32,000 nt of DNA. It comes from Candidatus Omnitrophota bacterium (GTDB lineage: Bacteria; Omnitrophota; Gorgyraeia; Zapsychrales; JANLHA01). The stretch spans positions 2,190,001-2,222,000 of the forward strand of contig OY759724.1 of the NCBI GenBank assembly GCA_963662715.1. The letters are read 5' to 3'. A model generated the notes under the pieces. It ran no database searches, was not told the origin of the DNA, and worked only from the letters and a program-made list of their open reading frames with translations. The translations under genes were made by a program, and so were the position numbers. Shown here one piece after another: positions 15,821-25,087 of this stretch; the stretch's first letter is position 1, and each line of letters opens with the position of its first letter.

Positions 15821-17576
15821 AATCGTTTTAAAAGGTATTCCGGCTGCTCCGGGTATTGCCATTGGGCCTGCTTATATTGTGGATAAGCAGGATTTCATTG
15901 TGCCTCCGCGCGCCATTATGGACAAGGAGGTCCCTATTGAAATTGCCCGTTTTGAAGAGGCTTTGATTAAGACCAGGGAGGAGATATCGGAACTAAAAAA
16001 GAAAATCAGCAGTGAGATGGAAGGTCAGAATGCCCAGATATTTGATGCCCATCTGCTCGTCCTGGAAGACCGGATGCTGGTTGAGGAAGTGGTGAAAAGA
16101 ATCAAAAGGGAAAAACAGTCCGCAGAGTATACGTTTACTGTCGTTTTAAAAAAATACAGCAAGATCTTCTCGAGCATTCAGGATGAATATTTGAGGGAAA
16201 GAAGCAGTGATGTCAATGACATCGGACGGCGTGTCCTGAAAAATTTGATGGAAGAGCAGAAACTGCATGATTTGGACAATATTGATGAAGAACTCGTGGT
16301 TATTGCCCATGACCTTTCCCCCTCAGATACTGTGACGATGTTCAGTAAAAATGTTTTAGCTTTTGCCACAGATATCGGAGGCCGGACATCCCACACGGCC
16401 ATTATGGCCAAATCTTTAGGTGTTCCGGCGGTCGTAGGCCTTAAAGATGCGACGTTGCGGATCAGCAACCAGGATATGCTGATTGTCGACGGCCGTATGG
16501 GCCTTGTGATTGTTCATCCTACGGAAAAGACCGTTGAGATTTATAATAATGAAAAGAAGCGCATTTCGGCTCTCCGGCACAGATTCGATGACATCATCGG
16601 CTTGCCTTCTCAAACGGCTGACGGACGGCATGTTCCGATTCTGGCGAATCTGGAACTCCCGGAAGAAATCCCCATGATTCATCAGGCCGGCTCTCAGGGG
16701 ATAGGGCTATACCGTACGGAATATTTCTTTATGAACCGGGTTGATCTGCCGACAGAGGAGGAACAGTTTCTGGCCTATAAAAAGGTTGCGGAACAGATGG
16801 CGCCTTTGCCGGTCACGATCCGCACTCTGGATTTGGGCGGGGATAAGTTCATCTCAAGCGTCCAGATTCCCCGGGATATGTATCCTTTTTTGGGGTGGCG
16901 GGCGATTAAATTCTGCTTGGCCCGGCCGGATATTTTTAAATCGCAATTACGGGCCATTTTACGAGCCTCTGTTTTTGGCAAAGTCAGGCTTATGTATCCG
17001 ATGATCTCCGGCCCCAGCGAATTGCGGCAGGCCAACGCCATTCTTAACGAAGTCAAAATAAACCTTCGCGAGGAACAGATCCGGTTCGATGAGGATATTG
17101 AGGTGGGGGCGATGATCGAGGTCCCCTCTGCGGCGGTAACCGCGGATCTTTTGGCCAAGGAAGCCAGATTTTTTAGTATCGGAACGAATGATCTGATTCA
17201 ATATACCTTAGCCGTGGACCGGGTTAATGAGCAACTGGCCAATTTTTATGAACCGTGCCATCCTGCGATATTACGCTTTATTAAAATGATTGTTGACGCC
17301 GGTCATCGTGAAAATATCTCTGTCGGCCTTTGCGGAGAAATGTCTTCCGAGCCGTTTCAGGCCTTTTTGCTGCTGGGATTAGGCGTTGATGAGCTGAGTA
17401 TGTCCCATTTGAATATCCTGCAGGTTAAGAAATTGATTCGCAGCATTAACCAAAAAGATGCAGAAGAATTAGCTCAAAGAGCGTTGTGCCTGTCTACCGG
17501 ACAGGAAGTAGAAGAATTAAGTAAATCCAGGTTGCAGGAGTTGGTCCCGCAGATATATAATCCGGACAATTCTTAA
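15813..17576 (+). CDS. ptsI: Phosphoenolpyruvate-protein phosphotransferase (PTS Enzyme I, no GAF domain)
   Basis: 587 aa. Active-site GGRTSHTAIMAKSLGVPAVVG, GIGLYRTEYFF and PEP-binding FFSIGTNDLIQYTLAVDR. Confidence 0.95.
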   Translation: MNEIVLKGIPAAPGIAIGPAYIVDKQDFIVPPRAIMDKEVPIEIARFEEALIKTREEISELKKKISSEMEGQNAQIFDAHLLVLEDRMLVEEVVKRIKREKQSAEYTFTVVLKKYSKIFSSIQDEYLRERSSDVNDIGRRVLKNLMEEQKLHDLDNIDEELVVIAHDLSPSDTVTMFSKNVLAFATDIGGRTSHTAIMAKSLGVPAVVGLKDATLRISNQDMLIVDGRMGLVIVHPTEKTVEIYNNEKKRISALRHRFDDIIGLPSQTADGRHVPILANLELPEEIPMIHQAGSQGIGLYRTEYFFMNRVDLPTEEEQFLAYKKVAEQMAPLPVTIRTLDLGGDKFISSVQIPRDMYPFLGWRAIKFCLARPDIFKSQLRAILRASVFGKVRLMYPMISGPSELRQANAILNEVKINLREEQIRFDEDIEVGAMIEVPSAAVTADLLAKEARFFSIGTNDLIQYTLAVDRVNEQLANFYEPCHPAILRFIKMIVDAGHRENISVGLCGEMSSEPFQAFLLLGLGVDELSMSHLNILQVKKLIRSINQKDAEELAQRALCLSTGQEVEELSKSRLQELVPQIYNPDNS

Positions 17577-17648
17577 TCCTTCCTCTAAGAGTTGTGTTAA
17601 AGACAGCTCGGGAGATGTTCTTCTTTTAATCCTAATATTGAAATAAAT

Positions 17649-18389
17649 ATGAAAGCATTAATTCTAGCGGCAGGGTATGGAACAAGGTTGTATCCCTTAA
17701 TAAAGGACACGGCAAAACCTTTATTGAAGATCGGCCCCCAGCCCCTGATAAACTATCTTTTGGATAAGCTGAGGCCTTTGCCTCATTTAAATGAATTGGT
17801 CGTTGTGACCAATGAGAAGTTTCATGCTGATTTTATCTCTTGGAAAGAACAGCAGAAGGATTTCCCGGCGCCTATCACTATTATCAATGACGGGACAACG
17901 TCTCCGGAAGACCGTTTGGGGGCTGTCGGAGATATCCTTTATGCGTTCAAAAATATTAAGCAGCCGGACGATGTGCTTGTTGTGGGCGGGGATAATTTGT
18001 TTGATTACTCCTTGGAAGATTATGTCCTCTTTGCCGAGCAGAAAAGACCCCATGTTTCCATCGGACTTTATGATATCGGTGATTTAAAAGAGGCTTCAAA
18101 ATTCGGAGTGGTCCAGATGGATAAGGACAGCCGGATTACCGTCTTTGAAGAGAAACCGGAGCATCCCCGGTCCACGTTGATTGCCATGTGTTCCTATTAT
18201 TTCCCTGTGGATTCGCAGAAGTTGATATTTGATTATGTCCGGCAGTCTCAGCACACGGACAAAGCCGGGGATTACATCCATTGGTTGACAGAGAGGAATA
18301 CAGTTTTTGGTTTTAAATTCCAGGGAAAATGGTATGATATCGGTAGTATTGAAACATATCAGAAAGCTCAAGAGAGGTTCAAGGTTTAA
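17649..18389 (+). CDS. Sugar-phosphate nucleotidyltransferase (NTP_transferase family), specificity unknown
   Basis: N-terminal MKALILAAGYGTRLYPLIKDTAKPLL (G-x-G-T-R-L signature), VVGGDNLFD, and a 246-aa single-domain length. Confidence 0.8.
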   Translation: MKALILAAGYGTRLYPLIKDTAKPLLKIGPQPLINYLLDKLRPLPHLNELVVVTNEKFHADFISWKEQQKDFPAPITIINDGTTSPEDRLGAVGDILYAFKNIKQPDDVLVVGGDNLFDYSLEDYVLFAEQKRPHVSIGLYDIGDLKEASKFGVVQMDKDSRITVFEEKPEHPRSTLIAMCSYYFPVDSQKLIFDYVRQSQHTDKAGDYIHWLTERNTVFGFKFQGKWYDIGSIETYQKAQERFKV

Positions 18390-18409
18390 TAATATTCACA
18401 CGACATTCC

Positions 18410-18437
18410 CCCGGGCCGGACAGCCGGGATTTTTATT
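18410..18437 (+). terminator. Candidate intrinsic terminator after the nucleotidyltransferase gene
   Basis: GC-only stem CCCGG/CCGGG (5 bp, 9-nt loop) followed by ATTTTTATT. Confidence 0.4.
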
Positions 18438-18491
18438 CCGGCGAAGGCGGAGGGATGTTTGTGACATACAGTAAGAAAGGAAGGGAAAAAG

Positions 18492-19655
18492 GTGAAAGGA
18501 CAATATTTCTTTACTTCAGAATCCGTTGGGGCAGGTCATCCTGATAAAGTTTGCGATCAGATTTCAGATGCGGTTTTAGACTGTGTTCTTGGTAATGATC
18601 CCGCGGGGCGTGTCGCGTGTGAGACTTTTATAACGACAGGACTCGTTATTGTCGGTGGAGAAATTACGACCAAGTCATATATTGATGTGCAGACGCTGGT
18701 CCGCCGGGTCCTGACCGAGATCGGTTACACACACATTAAGTATGGGTTCAGCGCCCAGACGTGCTCGATTTTGAATGCCATTAACAGTCAGTCTCCTGAT
18801 ATCTCCCAGGGCGTGGATGCCGGCGGAGCCGGGGACCAGGGGATTATGATCGGGTATGCCTGTAATGAAACGCCTGAGTTAATGCCTCTGCCGATCATGC
18901 TGGCGCATCATCTTGTGCAAAGGATATCGGATGTCCGTGTCAGCGGGGAACTGGATTATCTTGGCCCTGACTGCAAGAGCCAGGTGACCATTGAATATGC
19001 TGACGGGACCCCGAAAAGGGTGGATGCCGTGGTGCTTGCCTGCCAGCATACGGAGAAAATCCTGGACAGCACTGGAAAGCGCATTACAGAGGAAGCCAAA
19101 CAGGAAATTATCAAGACCGTAGCTTTGCCTATTTTGAAAGATTTGGTTGATGATCAGACGAAGTATTATATCAACGAAACCGGCAAGTTTGTCGTGGGCG
19201 GCCCTCAGTCGGATACGGGGATGACCGGGCGGAAAATTATTGTCGATACATACGGCGGTTTGGTTTCCCACGGCGGTGGGGCTTTTTCCGGGAAAGATCC
19301 GACCAAGGTGGACCGGTCGGCGACGTATATGGCCCGTTATGTCGCGAAGAATATTGTCGCTGCGAAATTGGCGGATAAATGCTGGGTCCAGCTAGGGTAT
19401 GCCATCGGTAAAGCCGAGCCGGTCAGTGTTATGGTTGACACGTTCGGAACCGGGAAAATCACGGAACAAAAGCTTGTTGATCTGGTGCGAAAGCATTTTG
19501 ACTTAACGCCGCGGGGTATCATCAAGGAGTTGGACCTCCTGAAACCGATCTATCAAAAGACGGCGGCTTACGGGCATTTCGGCCGTTCTGAATTTTCCTG
19601 GGAAAAGACAAATAAAGCCGCTGTCCTGGAGAAAGAAGCGGCCGTCACGGTTTAA
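18492..19655 (+). CDS. metK: S-adenosylmethionine synthase
   Basis: GTG start with a purine-rich [35 protein letters not shown] and [17 protein letters not shown] signatures. Confidence 0.97.
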   Translation: MKGQYFFTSESVGAGHPDKVCDQISDAVLDCVLGNDPAGRVACETFITTGLVIVGGEITTKSYIDVQTLVRRVLTEIGYTHIKYGFSAQTCSILNAINSQSPDISQGVDAGGAGDQGIMIGYACNETPELMPLPIMLAHHLVQRISDVRVSGELDYLGPDCKSQVTIEYADGTPKRVDAVVLACQHTEKILDSTGKRITEEAKQEIIKTVALPILKDLVDDQTKYYINETGKFVVGGPQSDTGMTGRKIIVDTYGGLVSHGGGAFSGKDPTKVDRSATYMARYVAKNIVAAKLADKCWVQLGYAIGKAEPVSVMVDTFGTGKITEQKLVDLVRKHFDLTPRGIIKELDLLKPIYQKTAAYGHFGRSEFSWEKTNKAAVLEKEAAVTV

Positions 19656-19729
19656 ACGGTTTGATTTGATGTTCGATAGAGAAGTTTTTGTTTAATAAAG
19701 CAAACTTTCTGATAAGAAGGGGAAGTCTA

Positions 19730-21148
19730 ATGAAAGCATCTACGGATATTTCTCAGGATTATAAAATAAAAGATATGAGCTTGGCGGCATGGGGTCATAA
19801 GGAAATTGAATTAGCGGAAGCCGAAATGCCGGGGCTCATGGCTTTGAGAAGGAAATATGCAGCAGAGAAGCCGTTGAAAGGAAGCCGGATTACAGGCTCC
19901 TTGCATATGACGATTCAAACCGCTGTGCTTATCAAGACCTTGACGGAACTGGGCGCGGACGTCCGCTGGGCCAGTTGTAATATTTTCTCGACTCAGGACC
20001 ATGCGGCGGCAGCGATTGCTGATCTGGGGGTGCCGGTTTTCGCATGGAAAGGGGAGAGTTTAAAAGATTATTGGTGGTGCACCAAACAGGCTTTGTCGTT
20101 CCCGGATGGTCAGGGGCCGAATCTTATCGTGGATGACGGCGGAGATGCAACACTCATGGTGCATAAAGGTTATGAAGGAGAAGAGAATCCTGCCGTGCTG
20201 GATATTGCCGCTGAAGCAGAGGACGAGAAAGAGCTGCTGGCATGTTTGAAAGAGATTTTGTCGGAAGATCCTCAGAAATGGCATCGGGCCGTTAAAGACC
20301 TCAAGGGTGTATCTGAAGAGACGACCACAGGCGTGCACCGCCTGTATCAAATGATGCAGGCGGGGAAACTGCTGTTTTCGGCGATTAATGTCAATGATTC
20401 CGTTACCAAATCCAAATTTGATAACCTTTACGGTTGCCGGGAGTCTTTGGCTGACGGGATTAAAAGGGCCACGGATATCATGATTGCTGGGAAAGTCGTC
20501 GTGGTTTGCGGTTACGGCGATGTGGGTAAGGGCTGTGCCCGCTCGATGCGCAGTTACGGGGCACGTGTTATTGTCACGGAAGTTGACCCGATTTGTGCGT
20601 TACAGGCGGCCATGGAGGGGTTTGAGGTCAAACGTTTAGAAAATGTCCTGAATATCGGCGATATTTATGTGACAACTACAGGAAACTGTGATGTCATCAG
20701 AGCCGATCATATGTCGGCGATGAAGGACAAGGCTATCGTATGTAATATAGGACATTTTGACAATGAGATTCAGATTGCAAAGCTAGAGCAGTGGCCGGGG
20801 ATTAAGAAAGTTAATATCAAGCCCCAGGTGGATCAGTATTACTTTTCAGAGGGGCAGTCTATTATTGTTTTAGCTGAAGGCCGTCTGGTGAACTTGGGGT
20901 GCGCCACGGGACATCCTTCTTTTGTGATGAGCAATTCTTTTACGAATCAGGTCCTTGCGCAAATCGATCTCTGGCAAAATAACCGGACGATCGATGTCTA
21001 TCGTTTGTCGAAAACTTTGGACGAGGAAGTGGCCCGGCTTCATCTGGAACACGTTGGCGCCGAACTTACGCAACTGACTCCGGAACAGGCAAAATATATC
21101 GGGGTGCCGCAAGAAGGCCCGTATAAACCTGAACATTACCGCTATTAA
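19730..21148 (+). CDS. ahcY: Adenosylhomocysteinase (long form with the ~40-aa insertion)
   Basis: The ORF track starts at 19688. ATG 19730 is preferred because of the [27 protein letters not shown] and NAD-binding [11 protein letters not shown] motifs, with C-terminal PYKPEHYRY. Confidence 0.96.
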   Translation: MKASTDISQDYKIKDMSLAAWGHKEIELAEAEMPGLMALRRKYAAEKPLKGSRITGSLHMTIQTAVLIKTLTELGADVRWASCNIFSTQDHAAAAIADLGVPVFAWKGESLKDYWWCTKQALSFPDGQGPNLIVDDGGDATLMVHKGYEGEENPAVLDIAAEAEDEKELLACLKEILSEDPQKWHRAVKDLKGVSEETTTGVHRLYQMMQAGKLLFSAINVNDSVTKSKFDNLYGCRESLADGIKRATDIMIAGKVVVVCGYGDVGKGCARSMRSYGARVIVTEVDPICALQAAMEGFEVKRLENVLNIGDIYVTTTGNCDVIRADHMSAMKDKAIVCNIGHFDNEIQIAKLEQWPGIKKVNIKPQVDQYYFSEGQSIIVLAEGRLVNLGCATGHPSFVMSNSFTNQVLAQIDLWQNNRTIDVYRLSKTLDEEVARLHLEHVGAELTQLTPEQAKYIGVPQEGPYKPEHYRY

Positions 21149-21172
21149 TATCCAGATTCTTTAATTCTTCCA

Positions 21173-21210
21173 GGCCTTCTTCATATGTAAGAAGGCCTTC
21201 CAAATTTTCA
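21173..21210 (+). terminator. Intrinsic terminator after ahcY
   Basis: Perfect 9-bp stem GGCCTTCTT-catatgt-AAGAAGGCC (21173-21197), followed by a T-containing tail ttccaaatttt. Confidence 0.55.
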
Positions 21211-21285
21211 CAGTGATGGCGGAGCCCGTGTCTTAGAGGGGATGCTGAGGGATCGGGTGGAAACAGGGGATTCATGATAAAGGAG

Positions 21286-21314
21286 TTAACATCAAATTGA
21301 AAGTATGATAAAAT
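21286..21314 (+). promoter_or_regulatory. Candidate sigma-70-type promoter TTAACA-17-TAAAAT upstream of ilvC
   Basis: -35 at 21286-21291, a 17-nt spacer and -10 at 21309-21314, about 40 nt before the ilvC start. Confidence 0.4.
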
Positions 21315-21352
21315 AACGACAATTTTAAACCAGTTAAGAAGGGGTTATGAAA

Positions 21353-22345
21353 ATGGCAAAAATTTATTATGATCAGGACGCAAATATTGATAGGATTAAA
21401 GACCGTACCATAGCTATTGTCGGTTATGGCATTCAGGGCCGGGGGCAGGCGCTTAACTTGCGGGATAGTGGTCTGAAAGTTATCGTGAGCGAACTGGAAG
21501 GTACTGAGAATTATAAGATGGCCGAAGCTGACGGTTTTAAGCCTGTTGAGGCTAAAAAGGCTGCAAAGAAAGCCGATATTATTCAGATTTTAACCCAGGA
21601 CCATATCCAGGCGGCCTTGTACCGTAAGGCGATTAAAAGAAATCTCAAGGCAGGAAAATCTCTGGTCTTTTCTCACGGGTTTAATATCCATTTTAAGCAA
21701 ATCGTCCCTCCGAAAGAGGTGGATGTCTGGATGATCGCCCCTAAGGGGCCGGGGGCATTGGTGAGACGTCAATATGAGGAAGGTAAAGGCGTGCCTTGTT
21801 TAGTGGCGATTCACCAGGACGCTTCCGGTCAAGCCTTACAGGATGCTTTGGCCTATGCCAAGGGGATTGGCGGAAGCCGGGCCGGTGTCCTGGAAACAAC
21901 TTTTAAAGAAGAAACAGAAACGGATTTATTCGGAGAGCAGACGGTTTTGTGCGGGGGGGCTTCTGAACTTGTGAAAGCCGGTTACGAAACTCTCGTTGAG
22001 GCTGGATATCAGCCGGAGATTGCTTACTTTGAATGTTTGCATGAACTGAAACTTATCGTAGATTTATTTTATGAATACGGGATTCAGGGCATGCGTAAGC
22101 GGGTTTCTGATACCGCGGAATACGGTGATTACAGCCGGGGCAAACGTATTATCAATGACCGTACCCGTAAGGAAATGCGGAAAATTTTGAAGGAAATTCA
22201 GTCCGGTAAATTCGCCAGGGAATGGATGAGGGAAAACCGGAAAGGGCGTCCTAATTTTAATCAAATGCGTGAAGACGCCAAGAATCATCCCATTGAAAAA
22301 ATTGGAGAACAGCTTCGGGGCATGATGCCTTGGATGAAAAAATGA
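21353..22345 (+). CDS. ilvC: Ketol-acid reductoisomerase (class I, short form)
   Basis: [25 protein letters not shown]-binding motif and [11 protein letters not shown]. The ORF track ATG at 21347 lies only 2 nt after the GAAGGGG SD, whereas ATG 21353 has 8-nt spacing and gives MAKIYYD. Either start is possible. Confidence 0.94.
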   Translation: MAKIYYDQDANIDRIKDRTIAIVGYGIQGRGQALNLRDSGLKVIVSELEGTENYKMAEADGFKPVEAKKAAKKADIIQILTQDHIQAALYRKAIKRNLKAGKSLVFSHGFNIHFKQIVPPKEVDVWMIAPKGPGALVRRQYEEGKGVPCLVAIHQDASGQALQDALAYAKGIGGSRAGVLETTFKEETETDLFGEQTVLCGGASELVKAGYETLVEAGYQPEIAYFECLHELKLIVDLFYEYGIQGMRKRVSDTAEYGDYSRGKRIINDRTRKEMRKILKEIQSGKFAREWMRENRKGRPNFNQMREDAKNHPIEKIGEQLRGMMPWMKK

Positions 22346-22347
22346 TT

Positions 22348-22440
22348 GTAACGGGCACATTCTGGAATACGTTTTAACTTTGCTTTAGGGGAGCCGTTCA
22401 TTTCCTGTGGCTGTGCGGTAGAGGCGCAGGAAAGCGGTGG
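22348..22440. repeat. Direct repeat, copy 1 (93 nt), beginning 2 nt after the ilvC stop
   Basis: Identical to 22482-22574 at 92 of 93 positions (A at 22428 versus G at 22562). The copies are offset by 134 nt. Confidence 0.97.
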
Positions 22441-22481
22441 GCCCGCTTGGCTGGAATGAAGTTTTGAAAACAGTTCTTGAG

Positions 22482-22574
22482 GTAACGGGCACATTCTGGA
22501 ATACGTTTTAACTTTGCTTTAGGGGAGCCGTTCATTTCCTGTGGCTGTGCGGTAGAGGCGCGGGAAAGCGGTGG
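22482..22574. repeat. Direct repeat, copy 2 (93 nt), ending 16 nt before the leuA ATG and running into its SD
   Basis: Same comparison as copy 1. Its 3' end GGAAAGCGGTGG continues directly into AAGGTGG, the likely leuA SD. Confidence 0.97.
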
Positions 22575-22590
22575 AAGGTGGGTTGTTATT

Positions 22591-24144
22591 ATGGGAAAAC
22601 GAGATAAGGTTTTAATTTTTGATACGACACTACGGGACGGAGAGCAGGCCCCGGGTGCGAGTATGAACAGCGATGAGAAAATGGAAGTCGCTTATCAGCT
22701 CGAAAAACTGGGGGTCGATATCATCGAGGCGGGTTTTCCGGTGATATCCCCGGGAGATTTTGACTCGGTTAAAATGGTTGCCAAAAAGATTAAGCGGGCC
22801 AAGGTTTGCGGTCTGGCTCGCTCTATCAAAAAAGATATTGATGCGGCTTATGATGCGGTAAAAATTGCCAAAGATGGCCGGATCCATGTGTTTTTAGCCA
22901 CATCAAAGATTCATATGGAGTATAAACTGAAAAAGAACAAAGAAGAAATTGTCCAGATGGCCGTTGATGCTGTTAGGTATGCCAAGAAAAAGATTGCGGA
23001 TATTGAATTTTCTCCGGAAGATGCCTCAAGAACCGAAAGAGAGTTTCTGTTCCGTATTTTAGAAGAGGTGATTAAAGCTGGGGCCAGAACAGTGAATATC
23101 CCGGACACAGTCGGCTATAGCATGCCGGCAGAATATGGACAGCTGATAGCGGATATCAAAAATAACGTCCCGAATATTCACAAGGCCATTATATCTGTTC
23201 ATTGTCATGATGACTTGGGGCTTGGAGTCGCTAATTCCTTAATGGCCGTAAAAAACGGAGCCCGTCAGGTGGAATGCACGGTTAACGGGATTGGAGAGCG
23301 GGCCGGGAATGCTTCCATGGAAGAGATCGTTATGGCGATTAAAACCCGGGCGGATTTTTACCAATGCTCAACGAATATTAACACCACAGAGATTTGTAAA
23401 GCCTCCCGTTTGGTTTCCCGTTTTACCGGTTTTGTCGTCCCCCCCAACAAGGCCATTGTGGGGAATAATGCCTTCCGGCATGAGGCAGGGATTCATCAGG
23501 ACGGCGTTCTGAAGGAGCGGTCAACCTATGAAATCATGAGCCCGGATGATGTCGGCTTTGTGGGGACCGGTCTGGTTCTGGGGAAGCATTCGGGCCGGCA
23601 TGCCTTTAAGGTGCGTTTGAAATCTTTGGGCATTGATTTGAAAGAAGAACAGGTGGACGCCGCTTTTGAAAGATTTAAGATCCTGGCTGATAAGAAGAAG
23701 CAGGTTTTTGACGAGGACTTAATAGCGATTGTCGAAGATGAGATCAAGGTTTCTAAGCGGATTTGGCTTTTGGATGATCTTACAACGACCAGTGGGGCTA
23801 AGATCATTCCGGAAGTAAAGATTGTGTTGAAAAGCAAAAACCGAAAATATACCAAGATATCTTCCGGGGACGGCCCGGTCGATGCCTGTTATAAAGCCAT
23901 CGACGCGATCACGAAGATCAAGGGAAAACTCCTGGATTATTCGATCCAGTCGGTCACGCAGGGCAAGGATGCCTTAGGGGAAGTGACTATTAGAGTGAAA
24001 ATCAATGACAAAGTCGTTATGGCCCGGGGAACGAGTACGGATATTATCGTTGCTTCGGCGAAAGCCTATATTGACGCTGTTAATAAAGTGCTCACACAAG
24101 GGGAACAATATAACCTTAAGGACAGCAAACGGGCTAATGTTTGA
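22591..24144 (+). CDS. leuA: 2-isopropylmalate synthase (long form with C-terminal LeuA regulatory domain). Citramalate synthase is not excluded.
   Basis: IFDTTLRDGEQAPG, HCHDDLGLGVANSL and AFRHEAGIHQDG motifs. The 517-aa length includes the C-terminal dimerisation/allosteric domain. Confidence 0.88.
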   Translation: MGKRDKVLIFDTTLRDGEQAPGASMNSDEKMEVAYQLEKLGVDIIEAGFPVISPGDFDSVKMVAKKIKRAKVCGLARSIKKDIDAAYDAVKIAKDGRIHVFLATSKIHMEYKLKKNKEEIVQMAVDAVRYAKKKIADIEFSPEDASRTEREFLFRILEEVIKAGARTVNIPDTVGYSMPAEYGQLIADIKNNVPNIHKAIISVHCHDDLGLGVANSLMAVKNGARQVECTVNGIGERAGNASMEEIVMAIKTRADFYQCSTNINTTEICKASRLVSRFTGFVVPPNKAIVGNNAFRHEAGIHQDGVLKERSTYEIMSPDDVGFVGTGLVLGKHSGRHAFKVRLKSLGIDLKEEQVDAAFERFKILADKKKQVFDEDLIAIVEDEIKVSKRIWLLDDLTTTSGAKIIPEVKIVLKSKNRKYTKISSGDGPVDACYKAIDAITKIKGKLLDYSIQSVTQGKDALGEVTIRVKINDKVVMARGTSTDIIVASAKAYIDAVNKVLTQGEQYNLKDSKRANV

Positions 24145-24217
24145 CCGGGGACGGCATGACGGGTTAGTATTTTATCCCCTATTATCTCCATTTTATTAGA
24201 CCTTCAGTGTTTTCATA

Positions 24218-25087
24218 ATGAATCAGGAAAAATCAACATATGGCTTGATCGGTTATCCGGTCAAACATTCCTTGTCTCCGCTTATGCACAATGCTGCTTT
24301 TAGAGAATTGGGCGTTGAGGCGGCCTACGAGCTTTTTCCTCTTTCCGAGGATCAGCTGGATGATTTCTTCGAAAAATTAAAACGTCCGGACAGTCCGATT
24401 TTTGGCTTAAATGTTACGGTCCCTTATAAGGAAAAAGTTCTTAGATACATTGATTGCCTCTCTCCTTTTGCCGACAAAGTCAGGGCCGTGAACACGGTTG
24501 TCATCTCTCCCGACAGAAAACTGACCGGACATAATACGGACGGCCCGGGGTTTTTGACGCATCTTACGGAAATCGGCTTTGATCCCAAGGGCAAAAGGAT
24601 ATCCCTTCTGGGGGCGGGCGGAGCTGCCAGGGCTATAGTCAGTGTCTTGTGTCTCATCCCGGAACGCCCGGAATCGATCAGGATTTATGATGTCGATCAG
24701 GAGAAAGCCGTAAACCTCGTCGCGGATTTGGGGACGCGGTTCGATACGAGTCTTGTCCGTGTTGTTCATTGCCTTGATGACCTTAACCTGGAAATTGTTG
24801 ATTTGCTGATTAATGCTACTCCGATCGGGATGAAAAAGGATGATCCGTGCCTGGTTGAGGGCTTCCAGATTCCCCAGTCAGCGTTTGTTTATGATCTCGT
24901 ATATAACCCTGCGGAAACACGTTTGCTGAAATGGGCGCAGGCTCAAGGGGCACGGACAGCCAATGGTCTGGGCATGTTGTTCTACCAGGGAGTGCTGGCT
25001 TTTCAACATTGGGCTGATATCCAATTGGAAAAAGCCGTTAAAGATATAATGTGGGCGAATTTACAGACAGGACTCAAACATGATTGA
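24218..25087 (+). CDS. aroE: Shikimate dehydrogenase
   Basis: YGLIGYPVKHSLSPLMHNAAF, NVTVPYK, NTDGPGF and LLGAGGAARA motifs. Confidence 0.92.
   Translation: MNQEKSTYGLIGYPVKHSLSPLMHNAAFRELGVEAAYELFPLSEDQLDDFFEKLKRPDSPIFGLNVTVPYKEKVLRYIDCLSPFADKVRAVNTVVISPDRKLTGHNTDGPGFLTHLTEIGFDPKGKRISLLGAGGAARAIVSVLCLIPERPESIRIYDVDQEKAVNLVADLGTRFDTSLVRVVHCLDDLNLEIVDLLINATPIGMKKDDPCLVEGFQIPQSAFVYDLVYNPAETRLLKWAQAQGARTANGLGMLFYQGVLAFQHWADIQLEKAVKDIMWANLQTGLKHD

Noticed and set aside
18390-18491. A SAM riboswitch upstream of metK, and an SAH riboswitch upstream of ahcY (19656-19729).
   Set aside because: The metK spacer is about 100 nt, and half of it is the terminator of the previous gene. The ahcY spacer is about 74 nt and AT-rich. 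I see none of the conserved SAM-I, SAM-II or SAH helices or core sequences. This was not verified with covariance models.
21066-21275. A 69-aa minus-strand ORF overlapping the 3' end of ahcY.
   Set aside because: It overlaps the ahcY coding sequence and its terminator hairpin. It has no SD and no recognisable motif.
22414-22448. A tRNA-like fragment inside the repeat (TGCG-GTAGAGG-CGCA resembles a D-arm).
   Set aside because: There is no T-arm (GTTCRANYC), no acceptor pairing, and the following hairpin has a 5-nt loop. It is not a tRNA or a tRNA pseudogene.
22285-22494. A 69-aa minus-strand ORF (MCPLPQ...) spanning the ilvC-leuA repeat. A sister ORF at 22064-22360 also starts MCPL.
   Set aside because: Both exist only because each repeat copy contains CAT on the + strand. 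They have no SD. One runs antisense into ilvC. The composition is Pro/Ser/Cys-rich and looks like typical antisense noise.
22346-22590. A T-box (tRNA-Leu-sensing) leader upstream of leuA, suggested by GCGGTGGGCCCGC resembling the T-box core GGGUGGNACCGCG.
   Set aside because: - The UGGG would demand a discriminator C, whereas the tRNA-Leu in this window has A.
- I find no specifier loop with a Leu codon, no AGAGA or GNUGGA-type Stem I elements, and no terminator U-tract.
- A 93-nt unit is too short for a full T-box.
- Only a covariance-model scan can exclude it formally.
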